A DNA stretch of 64,000 nucleotides from Octopus vulgaris (Eukaryota), in contig OX597821.1 in NCBI GenBank assembly GCA_951406725.2, forward strand, positions 72,726,001-72,790,000, read 5' to 3'. Below the pieces are notes generated by a model that saw only the letters and a list, made by a program, of their open reading frames with translations, was not told the DNA's origin and did no database searches. Positions 51,922-64,000 of the stretch are shown piece by piece; the first letter of the stretch is position 1, and each line of letters starts with the position of its first letter. A program made the position numbers and the translations under genes.

Positions 51922-52529
51922 GTAATTTTAAACCGAGGTCAATGAAGATTGAACAAGTGGCCTTATGATGGGAGATTTGACAATTACTGGTGCGTCAGAC
52001 AAAATACTTTGTTCTGGTAATTTATATTCTGAGTTAAAGTCCCGCTGTGATCAGTTTTGCCTACCATCCTTTCAGAGACAATTAAAATAAAGTACCAGTC
52101 AAATACAGGGGTCAATTTAATCGATTGATAGCCGCTCTAGTGTCTCGGTGGTTCCTTCAAGATGGCGAGACAATGGCTGGGAATCCTGAATCAATCTTCT
52201 TGGTGCTGTTAAGGGCGAATGCAAGTGAAAAAGCCTAAAAGCCACTGAATTTCCAATAAGTGCAGGGGAGAGCGGTTTTCCCAGACTGGGACAAGCTCTA
52301 GCTACAACTACTGCTGTAAACTTCAGTTATACACTGATAGATATTGATGCATATCAACCAAAGGTAATGTTTTTCTGCACATTAGCAAATGTATCTTCCT
52401 ATTTCTAAAGACAGAGATGGGGTGTCATTTGATAGAAATTTAGCTGCCATTTCTAGGCAAGTCGAGTGACTGGTGGTGATGCTAAGGCTAATAGAAGTGA
52501 ACCAGGAGTTTGATTTAATATAAGAACGC

Positions 52530-52917
52530 TTTACTCTTTTACCCCAGGACTTATTCTTTGTAAGCCTAGTACTTATTCTATCGGTGTCCTTTGCCGAACT
52601 ACTAAGTTACGGGGACGTAAACACGCCAGCATCGGTTGTCAAGCGATGTTGCGGGAACAAACACAGACACACAAACATATATATATTTTTTTATTTGTTT
52701 ATACGACGGGCTTCTTTCAGTTTCCGTCTACCAAATCCACTCACAAGGCTTTGGTCAGCCTGAGGCTATAGTAGAAGACAGTTTTCGTCTACCAAATTCA
52801 CTTACAAGCCTTTGGTCGGTCCCGAAGCTATAGTAGAAGACATTTGCCCAAGGTGCCATGCAGTGGGACTGAACCCGGAACCATGTGGCTGGTAAGCAAG
52901 CTACTTACAACACAGCC
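52530..52917 (-). mobile_element. SINE family A, reverse copy with an internal ~62-bp duplication
   Basis: cagttt(c/t)cgtctaccaaat(c/t)cact...gctatagtagaagaca occurs twice. Confidence 0.9.
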
Positions 52918-53493
52918 TTTCACTTTCATTTAATTTTTATCTTTTAGAGGACTATCTCAGCTCACCTGGCCGGAGAATAAGTTATTGGGTGCTGTTTTTG
53001 AAAGGTACTCACGAAAGACAAGCATCTTAATCTCGAGTGATAAGTGGATTATCCTGCAACCACTTAGCACTTCAGAAACAGGGCTCAACATCCAGTCCAA
53101 TAAAACTCTGTACTTCACGAAAGGATTAACTTATTGGATTATATTTAGAACATTAAATCTACTTGTTTATTGTAGAGTGCTGGATACAGAAGATGAGGCC
53201 AGTGAATAGTGGAAAGCAAGAAAACAATGGATTAAAATGTTTAGATATTTAGATGTTCATTTATGCTGTGTGTTTAAATCTGAGATCAACTGTCTGTCAT
53301 TTTATAGGTTACACAAAATAATTTACCAGTGAATGAAATAGTGGAATCTCGAAGTCAACTAACCCCAACCTTCCTCTTACAAAGTTCAATCTTTATTGTA
53401 CACTGTCTGAGTTCCATCGAGGCTGAGATCGCAATTATTTTTTTCAGAGGTCATAACCAAAATGACAGTGATCAGATATGCGTTGGTTTTAAT

Positions 53494-53729
53494 ACCTATT
53501 TCTTTACTACCCACAAGGGGCTAAACAAAGAGGGGACAAACAAGGACAGACAAAGGGATTAAGTCGATTACATCGACACCAGTGCGTAACTGGTACTTAT
53601 TTAATCGACCCCGAAAGGATGAAAGGCAAAGTCGACCTCGGCGGAATTTGAACTCAGAACATAGCAGCAGACGAAATACCACTAAGCATTTCGTCCAGCG
53701 TGCTAACGTTTCTGCCAGCTCGCCGCCTT
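53494..53729 (-). mobile_element. SINE family B (tail1), young copy with imperfect TSD
   Basis: Flanks are tatgcgttggttttaata and tatgctcggttttaata. Confidence 0.9.
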
Positions 53730-53895
53730 ATGCTCGGTTTTAATATCAAGAAATAACTACTGGTTCAACTGATAGAATTCATTATTGTCTTGCGTTAGAG
53801 TTTAATGTCTTACAAAATACAAGTTCTTGTTGCTTTTATTAGCATATTTCAGATTTCTACTGGGGTCACCACTCCAACTTTCGTCCTTCCAAACC

Positions 53896-54119
53896 TACGA
53901 GGGGCTGCTGTAAAATTCCTGGCTTTAAGGGTATCGCGAAAGGCCTGGCTGGATTCCCATCTTGCGAGTTCTTTTACAGGACTTAGAAAAACTAAGAGAC
54001 CACTGCAATAAGCGTGTGTGAATCTGAGGTGGGAACATGTCGAATAAAATCATAATTAACTGATCCTACTGTGTTTTCTTTAACCCAAAGCCAGAAAACG
54101 TTTCAGCACTCCACTCGTA
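53896..54119 (+). mobile_element. Mariner-derived MITE (same family as 5390-5604)
   Basis: TA-cgaggggctgctgtaaaattcctggcttt ... aaagccagaaaacgtttcagcactccactcg-TA. Confidence 0.8.
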
Positions 54120-56611
54120 AATGAAATACTTGCTGAATGAAGGACGAAATGTGATTCAATTGACAATATCTTATGTGGTTATTTGAATAGGGCTCCGACG
54201 TCGAAACAGTTTTAACAAAGGGCAATGTATATTATGCAACCTAGCAGCATCTTTGCTGCTGCCTGGGAGTGAGATGCAGAAATGGTTGGGATGGGACAGA
54301 TGGGATGGGAGAGGAAGAAGCGAAAATATGAACAAAGACAGAGATTTAGCAAGGCTTAAATATCTTATATTTCCTTTATATTTATTTCGATGGCAATAAT
54401 TATCATTAAAAAAGCGGAAAGTTAATATATATTTAAAAAAAAAAGAACAACTTTGTTGATAAAAGAGAATTTTATAAAAAAAAAAAGCCGCGTAGCTTTC
54501 GTGATTTTGTACTTTCTGCACATGCAGTGATGCAATAAGCTGCTGCTTGTGCATCTAAATGCTATCAAGCACATGTGTTCATATTAAAGAACAGTGGAAG
54601 TAATATTTTGTCTTTTACATTTATTTGTGTGCCAAATGTTATAACAAAATTTATAGAAATAACAACAAAAACATGAAAATATCACATTTTGTGAGTGCTT
54701 GCGTGTGTGTATGTGATGAAGATGAACTCAAACTGTGATTTAAATCAATATCAAAAAAGATAGTAAATAAAGAAATCCGTGGAGTGAAGCAAAAATACTT
54801 CATGTTTATGTTGTGGTGAAAAGTAAAGCAAAGATTTCTGACATTATAAAGCAAAATTTCAAATTTTAATCAATAATTCGATCGACGATGATTAATAACA
54901 TTGATTGCTGATGGTGATAACAGAATGGCAAAAACGTGTTACAAACTTTGATAAAGTCTAGATAAAAACTTTGATTCAATGTAATCTCAATCAAGATAAA
55001 TACTCCAAAATGGAATATATCTCGAGATATTATCACATTTAAGACTGTCATTTGTTTACTTTTGGGACACACTTTGTTCTCTGTTATTTAAGTTGCGGTG
55101 GTGGTTGTTTAACCACAGGTCAACTCTGATCAAAGACATTCCAGCCTTGACCTCACGTCTTTTATTCAGTGGATCTAGGTCTATCTTATCCAATATGTCT
55201 TAAAATACTGTAGGCTGTGGGTAGAAAAAGTTTTGGCTGCTATTTCTAGCAGATTAAGCAACTTGCATAGACAGGTTGTTCTGTAACAAAGGTCAACCCA
55301 GAGCGAACAGATTTTAAGCAAAGGTGTTCCAGTTATGACAGTCTCGTCTTTTTTTTTTATATATAGCAGGTTTCATATTGTCGAATGTCGCATTTATTGA
55401 AGACAACAGGGTATGATTTGAGGAAGAACTAGTTGCAATTTTTAGCAGGTCGAGCTACCAGGTAGAGGCTCCTTTCGATAGAATTAACCAGGGATTCTTT
55501 ACCTTACAGTCGTAAGAACTCATTACACAAAGCGAAATTTCAAAAACAATAAATCAATAATTGTTTCAAAACATTAATGACGATATTTATGATCATGTAT
55601 ATTTAGGGCCAAAATGTAAAGAAAGACTCGCCGAAGTGACCGCCAGTATAACATATCTAATTCTTCTTTAACCGACCCAGGAATACTGAAAGGCAACAGC
55701 GACTGTTATGGGATTTGATCCTAAATTACAGTAAATCAATTAAACCATCTCTCTCTCTCTTTCTCACTCAACTACGCGTAAAGTATTTAACAATTAATTA
55801 CCTATAATTAATGTGCAGTTGATAAAGCATTCCTTCGACAAAGGAATGCAGTTGTTAATTATAAAATATATACTATCCAGTTGTTAAATCAATTTCGAAG
55901 TTATGAGCAGAAATGAGATGTTGTGACATTCATGCTCCATAAAAGAACCACTTGGGGACTTGAGGAAAAAATGAGACAACTATTCGTGATATGTGAGAGT
56001 CTATGGAAGAAATACACTCATTGCTACTAAGGTAGAAACAATATATTGTTTACATAGAGTGAAAGTGGTGTTTTATAATAAAACGAGAATAGGTGACAAT
56101 CATGCCTTTATTTCAGGGACATTATTATGTAAGAGCAATGAAGTTGGAACCAGACATCGAAACCATATCAGAACTGGTCTTACAACCTATTTAACAGCTG
56201 AATGGAGAATAATTCAATGTAATTATTAAATGCATTTATATATAACAAAAGCATAATAGATACAGCATTTTTAAATTAATGCTAGTTGCAACTTAGGGAA
56301 ATTTGTAGAAAAACAAACAGCAACTAAGAAAGGTTGCTTCTAACATGAAGGAATAAAAGCAGAACTTTTGAACCGTCTTTTTTTTTTTCTTACTTTCTTG
56401 CAGTGAGAATTGTTTTGGTTGTTTAAAAGTTTGAAATTAGTTTAATAAACTAAGAAAAATAGGTCTGATGGTGATAGTGGTATGGTCAACAATAAAAAGA
56501 TATAACTTTTCGTGTGAGAACGAATCGTTTCGAGAAAGCAAAGAACAGAGAACATTAATAAGAATTGATGAGAGAAAACGTGGAAAACAGAAGACTTAGA
56601 TCGAACATACC

Positions 56612-56666
<55 letters not shown>

Positions 56667-57148
56667 TGTGTTATATATATATCATGTGTTTATATATATA
56701 TCATGTTATATATATATATGTGTTATATATATATACATTATATATACACGCACACAAACAGGCATTCTATATAAACATATATGAGAAAGGATGCAGGCAG
56801 AAATTCAACTTTGGTTGCCAAGAAACTACCATTATTACCGATTTCTTACATTGGCACAAGGCTCTAAAATATAAATGGAAATATGTAATGTGGCATGTCT
56901 TTCCCAGTGTGATTAATAACAACAATATGAGCGAAATGGCTGGTTCCAGCGGGGATTCGAAACCGAATCGGATCGGTAGTTTACCTTATAATAATCGTGT
57001 CTGCGATGCTCGTCACCATTATTTCTTCTAAAACGGCAACCACCACCACCAATGTTGTTATCATTCATTTTAACAACTCTTAACATTCTTGTTATCATCT
57101 TTACGTGCAATATAAACAGCAATGGAGAAAATATCAATAAATTCTTAC

Positions 57149-57173
57149 CTTGTATGCTGTTGTCGGGCGACAT
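57149..57173 (-). CDS. Candidate first coding exon MSPDNSIQ + phase-1 intron; gene unidentified
   Basis: Kozak-like ttaccATG, then ATG TCG CCC GAC AAC AGC ATA CAA G|gtaaga (consensus donor). Preceded by TE-free unique sequence. Confidence 0.55.
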
Positions 57174-57229
57174 GGTAATAAGTTAAAGAGTGTCCAGTTT
57201 TCCTTATCTTTTTTTTTTAATCTCCCAAA

Positions 57230-58100
57230 GTCACAGCACAATTAATTACAACACAAACGGGAGGAAAGATATAAAGAAAACAGACAGTTGGCAATAAAAG
57301 ATTTCTAAATAAAAAAAAATTACTCAGAGAATAATAAAAATGTTAATTACTGTAATTATAACTAATATCAAGTTGATTAAATATTAAGTTTCAGAAGTAA
57401 ACAATTCTTCTGATGAATTAATTAAACTCATTATCATCAGATGTGAGTGAAGTTGAACTGTAATGTCAACCAGATGGGGAAGAACAACAATAAATTAACT
57501 CAAAGAGTTTGTTTAACTTGTTCTCATTTGTCTCTAAAGCCAAAACAGTTGTTCATCTGGCAGCATCACTCCTTCTCGCTCTCGTTTCTTCTCTAATTAT
57601 TCTTTCTTCTTCTTCTTCTATAACCCTCTCTCTCTCTCTCCTCTTTCATTTCACATGCCTTATTATTATTGCTGCTGCTGTTGGTTGTTATTCGTCAACT
57701 TCCTCTCTTATTTCTTTCTTTCTGTCTTCCTTTAAATACCACTACCTTCGCTATTCCTTTTTTCACACCACTTTTTTCTCTCACACTATCTCTGTGCGCG
57801 TGTGTGTGTGTGTGTATGTGCAGTTCTCTCCCCCTCTCTCTCCTTTAACACAACTCTTAATTACAAAGCAATTTTCTCTCTCTGATTAACACCCCTCTTA
57901 CTCAAACTCTAATTACTAAGTAGTTTATTTCACTCTCTCCACAATATTTTTTTAGCCCACTTCTGTACTAAACACTCTCTCTCTCTTTCTTTTTAACGCT
58001 CCACTCACTCTATCTTCAAAGTACCAAACACTCTCTCTACCTAACTTTACGAATTAATATCTTATCTTTCTCAATTTACAAATAACTATCGTCAACGTTT
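57230..58100 (-). promoter_or_regulatory. Putative promoter/5'UTR with clustered E-boxes and homeodomain/POU-like sites
   Basis: CAGATG/CATCTG at 57438, 57471 and 57554; atgaattaattaaactcattat at 57413-57434; many TAATTA sites and GA-rich tracts; free of SINEs. Confidence 0.45.
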
Positions 58101-59231
58101 CTGTTCTGTTTCACTATATTTCTAAAACAGTCAACATAATGACTGACTTTTTTGCTTATCTTGTCTCCTACCTTCCTTCGTCTATCGCTACACACTCCAC
58201 TCCGAGCCCTACTCTACTCCAACTTCTTACTCCACTCGGCTCTCAGCCAACTATTTTCAAATCAGCAGCTACCGCGTCATTTTTTAAAAGTCGGCAAAAT
58301 GTCTACAGAAGGGAAACAACTTTCAGTTATTTCATGCATATGATGTGTGTGACGGTGGAATTGTATGCGCACATATGTAAATGACTTGTAATTATATGTA
58401 AAGTTACCGGCCATCTTTTGGCGCAGGCCGTCTGAAACACCGCCACTTGGTGACCTCATCTAAGTCATATTTTGGAGTAAGGAATAGGGAGTTGGTTGAC
58501 CGAAACACTTGCATGCCTCGTTTGATGGTTATGGGATCTTATTTATTGTTGATTTGTTCTGATATCTTGTTGAAAGAACAGGACCAGATGAGGTTTAAGA
58601 AAAGGGTTGCCCTTGAGGCAATCACATCAACCAAAGCTTATCATATAATTTATTCAATAAATTAAGTGTCTCAATTCTTATATTTTGTTTCTTAAAGACG
58701 ATAAGGGAGTTACAAGTGTATGGCCTTTGTCTGAACTCTCTTCCCAAACACCGGAGTGATATAGATGCTGTGATGGAACAGGTAAATGAATAGAGCAATT
58801 TACCACCAGCTACTTTTTCTTTTCTTTGAACTGGTACGGTAGAGTGGAACAAAAAATGTTCTGGTATATTTTAGGGATATTTTTCACCCTCCTTTTTTTT
58901 TCTAGTTGACACTCCTTCGGGGCATTGACGAAGAGATTTCTCGAAGCCTGCTTCTGAATTGTGTAATTCTATATTTTGCAGCCAGGATGTCCGGTGTTTC
59001 GAAAATTATAACATTTTGGAGGAGAGGAAGACGGAGTAGTATTGATTACGTCTGTAGATGTCATTTGTTTGATATTTGGAGAATACTGTTTTCACACACT
59101 CGTGTCGCAGCGGAAAAGCAGCTACCCTCTGTTTATTTTATTTCGTTTTCATATAAGTTGAACACTTTTGTATATAAGTCACTGAAGGGATTTGACTATC
59201 GAATCTTTTATTCACACATGATATACCTAGG

Positions 59232-59385
59232 ACTTTTCCACGTTGCTCCAGTGCACTCAGCTGGAAAAAAAGAGTAATCCGGCAACGGACTGGCGTCCCG
59301 ACCAGGTGGGGAATATATATATATATATATATATATATACGCCCAGAGAAAGCGGGAAATCGGCCCTGTACTCCTTACGAAGTAA
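59232..59385 (+). mobile_element. Fragment of a further SINE-like family
   Basis: ttccacgttgctccagtgcactcagctgg...gactggcgtcccgaccaggtgggga-(TA)n-...gaaatcggccct. Single copy here, recognised by resemblance only. Confidence 0.45.
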
Positions 59386-61042
59386 TGTGGACTAAACTTA
59401 TATTATCAAATACGTCCTTTCCTTTTATGAGGGCAGAATTTTATTTGAGGGGGCAAATGTGACTGCTGTTTCTAACCGATTCAAGCATCCGCGTAGAGGT
59501 TAACTCGTTGGCTCGAACAACACACAATGATTCCTATGGTCACTGTTAGGAAGAGTGTTTATTTCAACAGAGAGAGGGGCAAATAGGCAGACAGGGGAGG
59601 AGAAAGGGAGAGAGAGTGAACAAGTAACAAACTGGTTATGAAAAAATTAAGCAATCAGAACTGCTTTTGCTCATTTCACAGTTTCTCTTTCTCTTTGTCT
59701 CCTTCCTCATCTCCTTTTTTTCTTTTTAATGGTCCCTTCAAGCCCATCACGCGTCTATCACAACTTAGAGTAGGGGATGCACACGGCTTCAGATAACCAG
59801 GTGGTAGACAGAGTCGCATGAGTACTGCTTCGCTAAATATTGTCACTTTATAAATTTGTCTCTTTATATAGAATTCGGTCGTCAGGCGCAGTTGAGTGTG
59901 ACTGGATACCAGCATACACCACGTCTTCGCTCCGGTTCAAGTTCCCCGGGCAGAAACGAAATGATGCAGGCATCCTCTCCACCTCCGCACCTTTGACTCA
60001 GTAAAATCTCAAAGGCGTGACAGCTGGGAAGAGAGAAATGGATACAATCAGAACGAGATGGAAAAGAAATTATTATACAAAATCAGGTTTGAGGGTGAAA
60101 TCCTTACAAAAAAACCCATTTCAGCAATAAAAAGTAATGGTCCATACGAATTGTTCCTCTGTAAGAACACACCACTTCCATATTTACAGAACTAACATTA
60201 ATGAAACCTTCATATACAACCAGCAGCAAAGGACGATGCTAGTGTGTTGTTTACCGAAATATGCTGCCCATCAAAAGGTAATGACCAAGTAAAAAAACAT
60301 CAAGCAAACTTTTGTCAAAACACGGCAGATAGTGTTCTTGAAAGCCAGGGGCATCATTAAATATTGCGCAACAGTTCAAATCAGAGAATGTTTTTGCTTC
60401 TAAATTCCAACCGAGGGAAGTCCTGAAGGATCGCCATTAAGATTTCGTCGATCGTTTTCAAGTCAATATCACAAGCAACATTTCTCCCACAGAATTGAAA
60501 GATGCGTCTGTGGTACCAAAACACTAAATGAGGTGTTCTTAACATCTGTTTATATGACAGAGCAACTTTGAGAGTCTGATAACATCTCCGGGCTCCTTGT
60601 AAGGAAAATGGATTCAAATGCTTAAAAGCGTAAATATAAAAAGAAAAACAACTGAAATGAAATTTTCAAAATATTGAAAACAAGCTACAAGTTGCATGTT
60701 TAAACTACATGCATGCATAGAATGAAGATTCAGTTGGATTAGGTACTTAAATTGAGGCACCAAGCCAGATCGGTATAATCCGCGCAGCTCCAAGTTAGTT
60801 GAACGAAAGGCAAATAATTTACAAAGATGTCTGGATATCAGTGTAAACAATTTTAGTTTCTAGTATTGATATAAATTTTGCTAAAAATGGTTTATCTTTT
60901 ATGATGGAAATCTATACGGCCATCTGCTTCTGAGGAGTACGGTCTCTTTCAAATTGATGTAACCTTTTCATTGATCAATTAAATGGAACCGCTTGAAACG
61001 GCCGTAATGCACTGATACCTGGACATCCTTGTTACTTATCTG

Positions 61043-61076
<34 letters not shown>

Positions 61077-61077
<1 letters not shown>

Positions 61078-61471
61078 CTATATATATAAAAGTGAGGTTG
61101 TGTGGTGTCTGTCTCCTACGATTTAGATTCCTAACTACTCCCACATTTTGCGGTGCAGTTTAACCAAAACCGGGTATCTTATAGTCGTGATTCATATCGA
61201 GCCCTTCTGGGTATTAGCGCGCGTCTACGATGAGTCTACGATTTAAAAAAAAATTTACCATCATTTTTCCCCATTTTTAATGCATTTTTGGCATATATAA
61301 GGGAAGTAACTCTCTAAAAATGTATTATTAAATCTCAGAACGTAAAAAGCTACAGTAACGTCCCCCTTTGTGGTTAGCCATATTGAGATGGCTATTATAC
61401 TTTACATCTCTAAAAATGCTTATATAGTTATTTCCCTTACAAACCCGAGCAACGCCGGGTGATACTGCTAG
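61077..61471 (+). mobile_element. Non-autonomous Helitron
   Basis: A|TCtatatatataaaagtgaggttg...cccgagcaacgccggg hairpin...CTAG|T, with no TSD. Confidence 0.9.
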
Positions 61472-61612
61472 TGTAGGATAAAATTTTTTCGAAAAAAATT
61501 TTTATCAATGGCCAGCATATTAAAAAATACCTTTAAAGGTTAAATTATAAACAACTTATAAATAAGGGCAAACGAAAAAATTTCTAATGCCAAATATGCC
61601 GAAAAATTGGAC

Positions 61613-63470
<1,858 letters not shown>

Positions 63471-64000
63471 ATTATTCATCCACAGATATACCAGTTACTT
63501 CCATTAAAAAAAAATTTTTAAGGTAAAGAACAACGATTTCTGTATGAATAAGCTGTAATGTTGAAAAATGTGGTTCCTGAATAAAGCAGAACTGAAGATA
63601 AAGGAATGGCAACAACATCAAAGATCTCAACCAGCCCGTAACATATGTGTACATGCATGTATGCTCACGTTGAATGGAATTAAATGATTCAAAGAAATCT
63701 GGTTTGTGAGTCAATCCGTAACCTCACTCCATTCCACGTTTTCCGCCATTCTTCTCACTCACCCGAGTAATTCATTCTCCTCTCTATTAGGTGTTATGTC
63801 AGCCGATGAGTCATGCCATCGACAGAATGTGATTTTTTTTTTTTTCTCTTTCTATGACAGCTATGCAACAGGTTTATTGATTTATAGCAAACGGACAAAC
63901 CCTACCTGATGCATTGCTCAACATTGGGACGAAACATTTACTGGGGCAATGGAAATCTGAGAGAGAAAAAAACTAGAAAATGGAACAGCGAGGGCTGCTT

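Noticed and set aside
58921-58952. Hammerhead-like ggcattgacgaagagatttctcgaagcctgc
   Set aside because: Both core boxes are mutated and no second copy is present, so it is too weak to call.
60381-60850. Adjacent 78-aa ORFs in unique sequence
   Set aside because: No recognisable domain or splice signals; possibly a decayed TE, but unsupported.

Overview
This is AT-rich animal DNA dominated by repeats. It carries dense (TA)n, (CA)n, (GA)n, (ATG)n and (TATG)n microsatellites, and the SINE families resemble those I associate with octopus/coleoid cephalopod genomes (an inference, not a database result). I find no complete protein-coding gene, and almost all ORFs in the track are microsatellite or SINE artefacts. 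The window is probably the 5' introns and upstream region of a minus-strand gene: there are two candidate short first coding exons (MSPDNSIQ at 57149-57173 and MKLLV at 17470-17485, both ending in a phase-1 GT donor) and a candidate exon starting at 6142. Mobile elements include three SINE-like families (A, B, D), an old repeat (E), hAT, piggyBac, mariner and Merlin-like MITEs, two non-autonomous Helitrons, and CR1, RTE, R4/Dong-like and Tc1/mariner fragments. The most notable signal is family C, a short element that joins a tRNA-like Pol III head to a minimal Penelope-type hammerhead ribozyme motif and occurs as inverted pairs at both of its loci. Two further hammerhead-variant elements sit beside (TA)n tracts. 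Repeat boundaries were read by eye and are approximate unless a TIR or TSD is quoted.
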